Below are positions 20,449 to 30,549 of a stretch of 64,000 nt of DNA, in pieces. The stretch is taken from the IMG/VR virus record IMGVR_UViG_3300037721_000043, positions 4,162 through 68,161 of that record; one strand, 5' to 3'. The stretch comes from a virus (lineage: Duplodnaviria > Caudoviricetes). The translations under genes were made by a program, and so were the position numbers. How positions within the stretch are numbered: position 1 is the first letter of the stretch; every line of letters begins with the position of its first letter. The notes under the pieces were generated by a model. It saw nothing but the letters and a program-made list of their open reading frames with translations, was not told the DNA's origin and ran no database searches.

Positions 20449-21131
20449 TTAGTGTTCACTTGTCTAATGATCTTATCCATCTCATTCGGACTTCCCTGGG
20501 CAAATTCTGAATCGGCAGACATGACCAACCCTGCTAAATAATATGCGTAGTTATTTTGACGAGCGTTACCATTCGAACAACTGCAATCATCCAGCTTAGC
20601 AAATAAGCTGGATAGGCATTTACTAGCTCGCGTCTTGATGTAAAAATTTTTGATGAATACCTCGACGTTTGTATTCGGAAGTAGGTCCAGCATATCTTCC
20701 TCTAGTACCTCGGCGAAGTACATGGTGTTTACTGGATCTTGCCCAGTGGAGGGCAGAATTGCCTTGTACACCTTATTGGTGGTGCCATAATAAAAAATGC
20801 TTGCATACTGGGTAATTATCCCACTGGCAGGCTGCTGCTCTACATAGTTCTCGCCCGCATCGTATGGCTGTATCCGTAGCTGTATACCTTCATACCAGCC
20901 ATCCATTGGCGATTCAACGTTGTATTGCAGGTTAGTCAGTACATTGCCCTGATCAACTGGCAGAAGGTCACGGACCGCATCCTGATCGGTTTTAGACCAC
21001 AGCAGATATTCTGCGGCATCACCCCTGGCTGGATTCCCGCCAGTCCCATAGTCCGGAGTCGTATTGTCTACTATGCCTATACCAATATTGTCAGCGTCTT
21101 GAGTGAATGTTAAGTCTGGGTGTAGAGCCAT
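20433..21131 (-). CDS. Putative tail hub/fibre-docking protein
   Basis: 232 aa with a C-terminal Cys cluster (SKC...DDCSCS...KCS), immediately upstream of the fibre gene as in crAss-like hubs. Confidence 0.45.
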   Translation of the reverse strand: MALHPDLTFTQDADNIGIGIVDNTTPDYGTGGNPARGDAAEYLLWSKTDQDAVRDLLPVDQGNVLTNLQYNVESPMDGWYEGIQLRIQPYDAGENYVEQQPASGIITQYASIFYYGTTNKVYKAILPSTGQDPVNTMYFAEVLEEDMLDLLPNTNVEVFIKNFYIKTRASKCLSSLFAKLDDCSCSNGNARQNNYAYYLAGLVMSADSEFAQGSPNEMDKIIRQVNTKCSSS

Positions 21132-21146
21132 GAGTAGAAATTAAAA

Positions 21147-21171
21147 AGGCCATTGAATCCAATGGCCAATT
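21147..21171 (-). terminator. Intrinsic terminator
   Basis: GGCCATTG-4nt-CAATGGCC hairpin with an A-tract on its left (U-tract on minus). Confidence 0.7.
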
Positions 21172-21196
21172 TAAGAATTAAATCCCATTATAGGAA

Positions 21197-22306
21197 TTAC
21201 ACCCAGTAATTGAGCATTTCCATCATTTCTTCGTACAGTGCCATTTTACCCTGTTCATTTTTTATGGCTTGAACGAAGTCTTCGATAGGGTCTGCTCCAA
21301 GCGGAACCATATGGAGTATTTGGCCGGTCTCAGTAAACTCGAACCGCTTCTTGCTTGCTTCATAGGTGATGATGCCCTTCCCGAGCCCATCGTGAATGTT
21401 TAACTTAATGGCAGGACCGATGTCTTTGAAGGAAGCAAAAAACTTACGTGGATCATTCCGGGCGGCAATTCGGAGATCTTGCTTGATCTCTCCTGGCTGG
21501 CGACCATCTACGAGGATACCAAACTGAACCGCATATCCAATGATTAGTTGCTGATCTTTGATTTCATCTCTCACGGCGATTTCAGCATCCATTGCCAAGT
21601 CAAGCAGGGCGGCCTGGAGAGCTGGTGAAATATTAGTCTTTAGGTCTACTCGTTCAAACTCAGGAGCATTGTCGTTATTTCGGTGTTTATTTGATCCATT
21701 CAGCGGATGGAGCTCCATGAATACGTACTCCCGGTAATCCTTCTCGACGTTCACATCCTTCACCCCGTTAACAAATTCGATGTCCTTAATGGTGTATCTG
21801 CGCTCCTCCTTTTGAGTTTCGTTATTGAATACCACTTCCTCGCGACCGAGGTTTTTCATTAGCTTGTTGCGCCGCACCGGGTCCGCCTCAAACTTGTCAT
21901 AGAATGTGTATGTCCCAGGGAAGAGAGCATCATTCGCCACAGGCTCCTTACCGGTGGATGGATCTATGCGACCTCGGTTGATCATCCTGTACCTGGCTAC
22001 TGCTGTCTTTGTAAGCGGCGGCAGAATAAGATCGCTAAGCCCCAAGCTTACCGCGCGGCGCCGTCGTGGGCTGGACCCATCTTCTCTTACAACCTTTACC
22101 GTGGGGCGCTCATCCATCTGGATACGGTCGATATCCGCTACAGCAGATGCCATTGGAGACTCATCAATATCTCTCTCCTCAACAGGCTGTTTATGTTGTG
22201 GTGTGCGCTCCAGCTTTTCTTGTCGGTAGTTTTTCTTATACTGCTTCGGCTCAGCTCCGGTGAAGTTCTCCTCTTCATTCTCAGGCTTTGGTCTCTCGAT
22301 AATCAT
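21197..22306 (-). CDS. Conserved crAss-like protein downstream of MCP
   Basis: 369 aa, position directly after MCP; YMELHP.NGSN motif. Confidence 0.55.
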   Translation of the reverse strand: MIIERPKPENEEENFTGAEPKQYKKNYRQEKLERTPQHKQPVEERDIDESPMASAVADIDRIQMDERPTVKVVREDGSSPRRRRAVSLGLSDLILPPLTKTAVARYRMINRGRIDPSTGKEPVANDALFPGTYTFYDKFEADPVRRNKLMKNLGREEVVFNNETQKEERRYTIKDIEFVNGVKDVNVEKDYREYVFMELHPLNGSNKHRNNDNAPEFERVDLKTNISPALQAALLDLAMDAEIAVRDEIKDQQLIIGYAVQFGILVDGRQPGEIKQDLRIAARNDPRKFFASFKDIGPAIKLNIHDGLGKGIITYEASKKRFEFTETGQILHMVPLGADPIEDFVQAIKNEQGKMALYEEMMEMLNYWV

Positions 22307-22403
22307 AATTTATTTTTGTAGTTTATTTTAATGCGTAAAAATATTTGTTTTTAAGGCTAAAAAGATGGCCACGAATGGCCACCTCCTTAACTAAACGCTT
22401 CTA

Positions 22404-23861
22404 TTACAGGTTAACGGGTTTGCCGAGGATGTGCTTAGAGGCAGCAACAGTCTGCATACCCATGTGTGCGGCCATGTTGATCTCGCGGTTCAACCGGCGG
22501 TTCGTAGCCCGAGGGCGTGCGTTCGCACCAGTTTCCCAGATCTTATAGTGACCACGGGCACCTTCACCTACTTGTTTTTGGTAGATGATACAGAACGGAT
22601 CGAGCAGTGTGCCTTCTTTGGGGTCGCGCTGCTTCTGCATCGGAGCGATTACAAAGTAATGCGGATACTTGAAGCCAGGCGCACCGGCGAACTTCACGTG
22701 GTTCAGGATTTTCAAGTCCTTCACGTTGTAGGTAAATCCGCCTTTTTTGAACTGCTGGATGTCCAGGTCGATAGCTTGACGATCGTATACCACGCCGCCG
22801 TTTACCCCGAGCTGGGTCACGATAGATTCCATTTTAGAACGGAACTCGTAACCAACCCACAGCATCATGTCTCCACCTTGCTGCAGTTTACGGCGATAGC
22901 GGTTGATCTGGTCGAACATCGCCAGTGTAGGAGTGGTATCATAGTACAGTTTCTGGGCGTTGAGCTCCAGGTTCTGGATATATCCTTGAGTGGTTGTCAC
23001 AAGCTCAGTCGCGCCAGTCTCAGGGTCGATGTGGGTCAAGTTACCGTCATCTTTGTTGGCCAGGAACAGACCGTTGTCGATCTGTGCACCGAACCGGATT
23101 TCGGTGTCGTTGATACCTTTTTCGTAGGTAAATTCGATAAGCTTGCCATTCCAGGTAACAGGATATGTCTCGTTTTGCTCTTGCCAATCGGACACTGTGT
23201 AGTATTCCGAGAATTGTTGCAGGTAGCTTGTGAATGACTTGGTGGTAGGCACCAGGCCTTGGGTCATACCGAGGGTAGCCTCACCGAATGAGTTGGTAGG
23301 CAGGATGAACGGGTTACCGCCATATGTGCCGGCTGTGTTCGTTATGGTCGCTGCCAGGTTAGGCATGGTAGACTGAACTTGTTGCAGATACAGGCGGTGA
23401 GCTGCAGCGATAGTCTCGCGCTTACCGCGGATACGCCACTCCGAGTTGTTGGCGAACAGAATGTTCTGTCCAACGCGTGGGAAGCTTTTTGTGTTGGCAT
23501 ACGGTCCAGAAGTAGGGCTGTGGCTGTCAGCACTTAGCTGAATGTAGGCCAAGCCAACGAATTCGGCAGGGTCACCGTTAATGACCGAGGCAGTACCATA
23601 TACATCCGCCAGGGTAGTAGATGTGTTTACATTCGGCACATCAAAGCGTGAGTTTGCTTCGTGGTGAATAATCTCCTGGCCTTTCACTTCCTTCATCAGC
23701 CCCATTTTCATGAAGTCACCGAAGTCAGTTTCTACCGGGTTTACATCAAACAGCTTACGGCCTACTTGAGGCTTGAGCCAAAACGAGAAGTTGGAGATCA
23801 GGGGATATTTCTCTTCCGCTGCTACCGAGTAATCGTTATATGTATTCGATTCTACTGCCAT
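22404..23861 (-). CDS. Major capsid protein (crAss-like HK97 fold)
   Basis: 485 aa; in portal-scaffold-MCP order; N..QQF...Y.VSD, GY...LE and C-terminal ...MGMQTVAA motifs; followed by a terminator. Confidence 0.8.
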   Translation of the reverse strand: MAVESNTYNDYSVAAEEKYPLISNFSFWLKPQVGRKLFDVNPVETDFGDFMKMGLMKEVKGQEIIHHEANSRFDVPNVNTSTTLADVYGTASVINGDPAEFVGLAYIQLSADSHSPTSGPYANTKSFPRVGQNILFANNSEWRIRGKRETIAAAHRLYLQQVQSTMPNLAATITNTAGTYGGNPFILPTNSFGEATLGMTQGLVPTTKSFTSYLQQFSEYYTVSDWQEQNETYPVTWNGKLIEFTYEKGINDTEIRFGAQIDNGLFLANKDDGNLTHIDPETGATELVTTTQGYIQNLELNAQKLYYDTTPTLAMFDQINRYRRKLQQGGDMMLWVGYEFRSKMESIVTQLGVNGGVVYDRQAIDLDIQQFKKGGFTYNVKDLKILNHVKFAGAPGFKYPHYFVIAPMQKQRDPKEGTLLDPFCIIYQKQVGEGARGHYKIWETGANARPRATNRRLNREINMAAHMGMQTVAASKHILGKPVNL

Positions 23862-23947
23862 TTTATAAAAAGGTTAGATGGTACGTTTTTGATTTACATA
23901 TCCAACCTTTCCCAGGAGTACTAGAAGTTATCGGGCCTTCCTTCCGA

Positions 23948-25183
23948 TTACTTCTTTTTCTTGCTTTTTGCGCGTTCCTCAAGTAGCTTTTCCCACTGTT
24001 CTTCTTCCGACTTAGGTACTTTGGTAGCGTCGCCTCCTTTGGCTTTACGGTTTGGCTTGACCCCTGCGATCTCCTCAATCCGTTTTACCGCTGTTTTTGT
24101 ACTCGACCGTTGCATAAACACCGGTAGAATGTCTTGATAGAACAGGGCGAATGTCATCCGTAGGATGTTCTCTTCAGGATCGAATCCTTCGAGCTTGCCC
24201 TTTTTGTTGTACAATGCAGTGTTATTGACATATGCATTTGCAGCGTCCCGCACCTGCTTCAACTTCTCCGCATCAAGCGCATATACTATTTTCTCGCCAT
24301 CAAAGTCAGCGGTGACTTGCTTGAACTCCTTCATGAATGCATTCAGTGCACGGGTATTCTCTGCGACACCCTCTTTTACTGCTTCGCTTTCTTTTGGGCT
24401 TTCGTCTGTCGACTCCTCTGCTTTATATGACTGTTGTTGCTTTTTTAAGAACTCCTTTGCTCTTGCACCCTCTGACTTCAGATCTATCTTACGATCCTCT
24501 TCTTCTTCCTGGCGGTCTTTGTCGTTATCAAAGTCTTCCGCTTTGACGGTGTATTTACGGCTGTATTCCTTCTCAAACTTACGTGTAGCCTCGTCCCGGG
24601 TGAGCTCTGGATGTTTGATCACATACTGCATCTTCAGTGCCAGCTTCGGATCAGTATTATCAACATCCATTTGTGTGAGCTCAGCCCAGGTTTGGAGCCC
24701 CTCACCATGACGTGTTTTGGGCATATCCTTGATGAACTCGTATGCTTTTTCCTGCTCAGGGGTCTCAAAGGCCAGTTTCGGCTTAGCCTTTTTTACCTCT
24801 TCAAGCTCCTTCTCAAGCTCCTCGTTGTGCTCAACTATTTTGTCCAGCGTAGCGAGTGTCTGCTCGAGTTCCTCCATGGAGTTGATCTCATAATCTTCTC
24901 CAAATTTAGATTTTATGACTTCGTCGATGTCTTCGGTCTCCTCACTTTCCTCCTCTTCTTCCTCCGACTCTTCTTCGCTTTCCTCTTCGGTTTCTTCCTC
25001 TTCCTCGGATTCCTCTTCTTTCTCCTCCTTCTTGCCTTTATTCTTCGCCTCCGGCTCTTCGGTCTCCTCTTCTTCTTCCTCAACCTCTTCTTCGGTTTCT
25101 ACTTCTTCTGTGGCAGCATCTTCCAAAGTGCCTACTTCCGTGTCGAGTTCATTGGCATCATAGACTTTATCCCCTTTTCCCAT
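23948..25183 (-). CDS. Putative capsid scaffolding protein
   Basis: Extreme Glu-rich N-terminus, helical; lies between portal and MCP. Confidence 0.65.
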   Translation of the reverse strand: MGKGDKVYDANELDTEVGTLEDAATEEVETEEEVEEEEEETEEPEAKNKGKKEEKEEESEEEEETEEESEEESEEEEEESEETEDIDEVIKSKFGEDYEINSMEELEQTLATLDKIVEHNEELEKELEEVKKAKPKLAFETPEQEKAYEFIKDMPKTRHGEGLQTWAELTQMDVDNTDPKLALKMQYVIKHPELTRDEATRKFEKEYSRKYTVKAEDFDNDKDRQEEEEDRKIDLKSEGARAKEFLKKQQQSYKAEESTDESPKESEAVKEGVAENTRALNAFMKEFKQVTADFDGEKIVYALDAEKLKQVRDAANAYVNNTALYNKKGKLEGFDPEENILRMTFALFYQDILPVFMQRSSTKTAVKRIEEIAGVKPNRKAKGGDATKVPKSEEEQWEKLLEERAKSKKKK

Positions 25184-25236
25184 ATATGTAATTTTGTACC
25201 AATTTCGGAAAGTTTCTCTGAATTATCAAAAAGGGC

Positions 25237-25252
25237 ATGTTCCACGTGGAAC
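25237..25252. promoter_or_regulatory. parS: parS centromere-like site
   Basis: TGTTCCACGTGGAACA, an exact 16-bp match to a known chromosomal parS variant. Intergenic; the palindrome extends to 20 bp (25235-25254). Confidence 0.75.
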
Positions 25253-25258
25253 ATGTAA

Positions 25259-27601
25259 TTAATCTCCTGGGCTTTTATCAGCCCGCTTATCCACCTTTTC
25301 GCGCTCGACAGTATTCCTCATCCCCTGCTTAATTATCTCGTCCGTTCCCTTCTGCTTCTCAATCACCTTCTTCATGTAGCTCGTGTTATCCATGATCGAT
25401 GCATCCGCCTGCTTCACCGCCAGTTGGTTGTTGAGCTTGATCTTGCCGTCGAGGATCAGCAACTCGCGCTTGATATCTCCCTCGCGCTGCATGTAGGCTA
25501 AGTCCATCTCCATCTTGGCGCCAGCTTGTTGAGCGGTTGCCTCAGCCTGCATTTGAGACATTTGGCTTTGTTCCTCCATACGATTTCGGCGGTGTTGCTT
25601 CTCACGGATAACCATGATCTGCCTGGCCTGTTTGAGATTGTCGATCTCGCGCAAGAAGATACTGTCTGAGAGACTGATCTTATCTCCCTCAAGCGCTATT
25701 CTGACATCCTGATAGAACTCTGCCCACTCTTCTGGACCAGGCTGACGGCCGAATATCATGCCGTACTCACAGTAGGCTACGTCCTCTGATACCTCGTGGT
25801 AAGAAGTATTTACCTTACCTAGCGCCGGTAAGAATCCCCTAATCTTTTTCTTGTTCCTGATTGTCTCCTGCATCATCAACAGCACCACATGGGCTGTCCG
25901 CTGATACAGGTACTCATGAGCGTTGTACAAGTACTCCATATCCAGGTCGCCGGAGAACTGGGACTGCTTGACTGCAGCTGCCGGCAGTCTATCCGGAACG
26001 TCTGCGGACTCCGCGATGGAAGTACCGGTCATCTGCTCCAGAAGGTTTATAGAGACGGAGAGGGTGTTAAAATAGTCAGATAGGTCGACGCCTGTAGACT
26101 GGTAACTCACCGCCCGGCCATTTGTCTGCCCGTATGGGTTGGTGACTCCTCTTGTGATCAATGTATTCGACATCTCGAAGTACTCATAAACCTCGCGTTG
26201 GCTCCATACTCGGCCACCTCGGCCCATGGCAACGGCCTCTATCTCACTGAAGTTTACCTCCCGAAGACCGATCCATCCCTTTGCCAAGGTCTCTTTTATC
26301 TTATTCCAGGCGACATTTATCATGTACACCGGCTCCACCATCTGGGAGGCAAAGCTTACTGACCGGCCCTCTTTGAAGTTGGTGGCGAATGTTTTTATCG
26401 GCAGCGTGGCATTCACCAGGTTTGTCCGTGGGTATTCCTTTCGGCCGTACCCAAATACGATATCACTGTCAATGATCCAGGTACCTCCGTAAACGCTTGT
26501 GTATTGTGCCTTATGGGCTGTTGAGTCTCCTCCTTCATTGTACCGGGCAGCAACTTTCTCATCAGGCACCCAGTCACAATCGCGCTCCATGATGGTGTCG
26601 CCTCCGAATTGGTTCTTACGGGTTACGAACGTGCGGTTGTCCTCCGAAAGGAAGTAGAACCGCATAACGGGGATGTAGGTGAGGTTATCGTATTCAGCGA
26701 GCGTGCGCTGGTCGAGGTAGCTATTGGTCGCAGAGTTCTTGATGCCGTACTGCTGGACGATCTTCTGCATGCTGTCCTGGTCCATACTGCCGGTTGCCTC
26801 CCGTATGAACTGGGTAGGGGTGATGCATTCTATGAAGCCGGCGTACTCCTGGTCCTCGTAGTCATCATTGTCGATGTATGAACCTATCCAGTACTTCGGG
26901 TTTACCCGCTCTATGCGGGGTACCCCGTTCAGATCGGTAAAGCAATGTAGGTGCCCGCGGCCGTAAACGACCAAATCCCAGTCAACCTCGCGCAGCTTCT
27001 GCATGAACCGATTGATCCATAGGACAAGCTTTAATGCGAGCTCCCCAGCGATCTCCTTCTTGATCTTGGGGTTGACGGTCATGTCGTAGATTAGCTCGTC
27101 AGCGTACTTGGGCAGGCTCTCTATGTCGAGTCCCGGGAAGGCCGCCTGTGGTGATACGCCGATACGCTCAACCCAGTCTTTAAGCCGGTAGAACGCCTGT
27201 ACAGAGGCGGCGTAGTCGGCCTTCTCATCTAAGGAGAGTAAGTCGATCGACTCCAGGCTGATGTCATAATTGAGTCGCTGCATCTTAGCAACAGCGCGAT
27301 TTATGTACTTCGGCGCCAAGTTCAGCGTTTGGATGTCGATGTAGGCTAACGATGCCGGGCCGTCCTGGAATCCGGGGCTATTCGGGTCCGCGTGGAACCC
27401 CATCAGCTTCCTGATATTGGTCACCGATTGGCGGCCTTGCGCGAATTCCGTCAGGGATTGGTAGTCGGTATTGTCGTAAAGGCTTCTGAAACCATACCGG
27501 TTATTGGTATAGTACATTGCCTTTGCATACTTGTTGCCATATTCCGCAACTTCTTTATCCTTTGGATTTACAAACTCACTAGGGAAAGGATATGCATCCA
27601 T
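25259..27601 (-). CDS. Portal protein
   Basis: 780 aa; FP.E.V...DK N-terminus, LAPKYIN, C-terminal Q-rich coiled coil; between terminase and scaffold. Confidence 0.8.
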   Translation of the reverse strand: MDAYPFPSEFVNPKDKEVAEYGNKYAKAMYYTNNRYGFRSLYDNTDYQSLTEFAQGRQSVTNIRKLMGFHADPNSPGFQDGPASLAYIDIQTLNLAPKYINRAVAKMQRLNYDISLESIDLLSLDEKADYAASVQAFYRLKDWVERIGVSPQAAFPGLDIESLPKYADELIYDMTVNPKIKKEIAGELALKLVLWINRFMQKLREVDWDLVVYGRGHLHCFTDLNGVPRIERVNPKYWIGSYIDNDDYEDQEYAGFIECITPTQFIREATGSMDQDSMQKIVQQYGIKNSATNSYLDQRTLAEYDNLTYIPVMRFYFLSEDNRTFVTRKNQFGGDTIMERDCDWVPDEKVAARYNEGGDSTAHKAQYTSVYGGTWIIDSDIVFGYGRKEYPRTNLVNATLPIKTFATNFKEGRSVSFASQMVEPVYMINVAWNKIKETLAKGWIGLREVNFSEIEAVAMGRGGRVWSQREVYEYFEMSNTLITRGVTNPYGQTNGRAVSYQSTGVDLSDYFNTLSVSINLLEQMTGTSIAESADVPDRLPAAAVKQSQFSGDLDMEYLYNAHEYLYQRTAHVVLLMMQETIRNKKKIRGFLPALGKVNTSYHEVSEDVAYCEYGMIFGRQPGPEEWAEFYQDVRIALEGDKISLSDSIFLREIDNLKQARQIMVIREKQHRRNRMEEQSQMSQMQAEATAQQAGAKMEMDLAYMQREGDIKRELLILDGKIKLNNQLAVKQADASIMDNTSYMKKVIEKQKGTDEIIKQGMRNTVEREKVDKRADKSPGD

Positions 27602-27880
27602 TTAAAATATCTTTTGAAAGATTTCGAAAGGCACTATCGCCTTCCCGTCCGACGGATCAGTAAACAAATAATCACCCCTGTTGCCTTGAAAGTTACCTAA
27701 TTTAGTGTGGATTTCGAAATCATCCACCATTTGCTTGTATCGGATGTACTTTGGTTTGTCAAGCCCAGGGTATAAATTAAGCTCCGACATCTTGCCTTCG
27801 AAGTGCTCCTGCAGCTTCTTTACCTGACCTTTTGTTTCGACCGGAATCCAGCTGTTGATATGATCATCGTTTATCGTCAT
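27602..27880 (-). CDS. Small hypothetical protein (PGDYG-like motif)
   Basis: GNRGDYL...VPFEIFQKIF resembles the GDY...IF.KTY family. Confidence 0.45.
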   Translation of the reverse strand: MTINDDHINSWIPVETKGQVKKLQEHFEGKMSELNLYPGLDKPKYIRYKQMVDDFEIHTKLGNFQGNRGDYLFTDPSDGKAIVPFEIFQKIF

Positions 27881-30042
27881 CGGTTTATCACCTCCCCATT
27901 GTTATTGAAAGCATTCATGAATCCATCCAGGTCCATCGGGGCTATTGCCTTGCGCTTCGGTGCGATCTTCCCAGCAAGCTCCGTCCACCCGCTTGCTACG
28001 GCGTAGTCAAACTCCCGGGTCTTGGCCGGGTTGAATGCCAGTAGATCGCTGACCTGCTCTTTGAACTTAAAGGTATGTCCAAAATACTCAATATAAGTGG
28101 CCAGGGCGCTGGTGTACTCCGAAATAGTCATGGTATTGGCTGGCGTCCCCTCGTCGCTGGCGGTGGAGTATTTCTTCTTGGGCTCATCTAGGGGTTTGTA
28201 TTTTGGCAGCACAAAGGCCCCACAGTTGTTGTTGTGTAGATAGCTGATCGTGCCTGGCTTCTGGCTCTCAATATTTATCGGTACACCGAAATACCAGCAA
28301 ATCAAAAGCACCCGTTCGTACAGGACGTTCGGATCGTTCGGCCTGGTATCCATCATCAGGAAGTAAATACCGGTCTCGTATTGCTTCTTTATCTTGGCAT
28401 TCTCAATCATGTCCTCATGCGTGAGCGGGCCGTCGATTGATGAGTCGTAGTTTCGCTTGACAAATAACACCGGGCGCGACCTACGGGAGGACACGAACTC
28501 ATCCGCCCCCATGCGGTCCTCGGTTACGTGGCCGTGGTCAATAGGGTCAATGCCACAGGAGAACTTCGCGTAGTTTTTCGGGGCGTACTGGGTCTCCCCG
28601 CCGATGATCCTTGTTTCTACCTGGTTGTCCAATCTGTCTATCTCTCTCGGCATCCAGCTGGTTTTAGCCCACCCGTTTACTGGATTATGACGCCATCCGA
28701 CCTTTCCGAATCGGATATTGTTCTCCCAGAAGAACTCAATCTTATGGATATTGTCATCACCGGAGATGGTGAGGCTGGTTAGGCACTCCTGCAGCACGGT
28801 CGCGTTAAACTCGCAGTTCTCAGCGTTGACATAAAATATCTCGTACAGGTACAGTGGGTACTTCCGGATGATAGCCGAGTAATCTTCCGGGACATCTTTA
28901 CAGGACTCCCGCTCATCCAGGATAAACTTCTTAGCCTGCTCGCGCATTGGCCGGCCGTGGGCATCGAAGTAACCTTCCAAGGCACAGTCACCCGGCAGAA
29001 ACGCCGCGTACAGACCTGTCTTGGTTCGTCCGTCGGGGCCGCGGTCATTGTAGTCGCTGGAGAAGAACATCTTCTGGTAGGCCTTACCGCCTTTCCCACG
29101 GGTCTCCATAAACTCCACCGTGGTGCCCATGAAGCACTTGCCGCGAATGTAGATACCTCGCTTCAAGCATGGCTTAACGATGGCCCAGCGCTTATCTACG
29201 TTGGCCACAAGGGTCTTTCCGGGCTCCTCCATGATGTAGGAGTTCAGACGGGCCTGGTCATAGGCGCCTTCTTTGGATACCCGGTGATCGATCTTGGACT
29301 CAAGTACATCGACCTCTTCGGCGTCGAACTTCTGGCCACGCTTAGGAGGGTTAAAAAAGTCGATGCCTTCCAACTGCTTGGAGGTGGTGTCGTACGTCGG
29401 CTTGAAGTATTGGGGTAGCTTGTAGAACGGCTGACGGATGTGCTCATCATAGAAGGAGAATATCTTGTCATCATTCTCCCCCTGCATGCCGGCATTGTGT
29501 TTGTGGTTGCGGATAGTCCGAAACACGATCCAGGCACCCATTAGCGCGGACTTACCGTACCGGCGGATGGTATTGAGCATGCCGCCAAAAGCGTTAGGAT
29601 CTTCTTCCCAGAACTGTATCCAGTAGGTGATCTCTTTGTCCGTCTCCCGGTATTCCGGAGTTCCGAATAGCGGCTCCCATGCGGTCATGTAGAACGCATA
29701 GAACGTAGTCATATAGGTCTTGACGTTGTCGTTCCAAAACCAGATTCCGTTCTCAGTCCATCCCCAGTGCTTCTCTATCCATGCGTCCATCTCACCCATA
29801 AATGGGCTGATGAAGTCCGGATCGAACATCTTCTTATTCTCTGGATCAGTCTTGAATATCCACTCCCGGTAAGCCTTTTTAAGGTACCCGGGCATCTCTG
29901 GTCGGGTCCACTTCTGCTCTTCTTTGAACAGTATTTCATCGTCCGGCGGAGGCTCTGGCAGGTAAACTTTCTCTATCCCGGGGCCAGTGATGCCGGTTAT
30001 TAGGTATTGGAATTGATATTCGTTGCTGGTGGGATTAAACAT
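27877..30042 (-). CDS. terL: Terminase large subunit
   Basis: Walker A-like RRYGKS, Walker B-like YIMEEPGK, nuclease GIDPID and C-terminal D.AVASG. Confidence 0.9.
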   Translation of the reverse strand: MFNPTSNEYQFQYLITGITGPGIEKVYLPEPPPDDEILFKEEQKWTRPEMPGYLKKAYREWIFKTDPENKKMFDPDFISPFMGEMDAWIEKHWGWTENGIWFWNDNVKTYMTTFYAFYMTAWEPLFGTPEYRETDKEITYWIQFWEEDPNAFGGMLNTIRRYGKSALMGAWIVFRTIRNHKHNAGMQGENDDKIFSFYDEHIRQPFYKLPQYFKPTYDTTSKQLEGIDFFNPPKRGQKFDAEEVDVLESKIDHRVSKEGAYDQARLNSYIMEEPGKTLVANVDKRWAIVKPCLKRGIYIRGKCFMGTTVEFMETRGKGGKAYQKMFFSSDYNDRGPDGRTKTGLYAAFLPGDCALEGYFDAHGRPMREQAKKFILDERESCKDVPEDYSAIIRKYPLYLYEIFYVNAENCEFNATVLQECLTSLTISGDDNIHKIEFFWENNIRFGKVGWRHNPVNGWAKTSWMPREIDRLDNQVETRIIGGETQYAPKNYAKFSCGIDPIDHGHVTEDRMGADEFVSSRRSRPVLFVKRNYDSSIDGPLTHEDMIENAKIKKQYETGIYFLMMDTRPNDPNVLYERVLLICWYFGVPINIESQKPGTISYLHNNNCGAFVLPKYKPLDEPKKKYSTASDEGTPANTMTISEYTSALATYIEYFGHTFKFKEQVSDLLAFNPAKTREFDYAVASGWTELAGKIAPKRKAIAPMDLDGFMNAFNNNGEVINR

Positions 30043-30539
30043 TATGCCTGCTTCTGCTTCAACCGACTCTCCGCTGTAGGCAGCTTACGGATCTTATCCT
30101 CTGCCATCTTCATCTCTGCATCTCCCTGGAATATCTCCTTGGCAAGTTTGTTGATCCGGTCGAGAAGCTCTTCTGACTTCGCCGACATGGTGGTCTTTAG
30201 GTTGAGGTTTTTGAGCGCAAGCTCGTCGTCATCGGTGGCTTTTAACGGCTGCATCTTTCGGGCTTGGATCTCCCAGAACAACTGTACATCGCTGATGTAT
30301 TGGATGTAGTTGAGGGGACTGCTGATTCGAAGGTATTCGAATATCTGCTCTCTGACTTCTTTGTGGGATAAGTCCATGATCTCCTTCGATGCTGGCTGCT
30401 CAGGATCGAGGCCTACCAGGTTACATGCCTTAATCTTCCGATCGTTAAAATCCAAAATAGCGATCAGCTCAGACTCTTTGGAGTACACAAGACGTATGTA
30501 CTTTTCAATTTTTGATTTATCTTTACCCTTATCTAACAT
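30042..30539 (-). CDS. Conserved helical protein upstream of TerL (terminase small subunit candidate)
   Basis: Start re-called at MLDKGKDKS (30539); coupled to terL. Function from position only. Confidence 0.5.
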   Translation of the reverse strand: MLDKGKDKSKIEKYIRLVYSKESELIAILDFNDRKIKACNLVGLDPEQPASKEIMDLSHKEVREQIFEYLRISSPLNYIQYISDVQLFWEIQARKMQPLKATDDDELALKNLNLKTTMSAKSEELLDRINKLAKEIFQGDAEMKMAEDKIRKLPTAESRLKQKQA

Positions 30540-30549
30540 AAACACAGGC

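Noticed and set aside
22431-25258. Long plus-strand ORFs (268, 181, 215 aa)
   Set aside because: Shadows of MCP and the Glu-rich scaffold; no motifs or independent signals.
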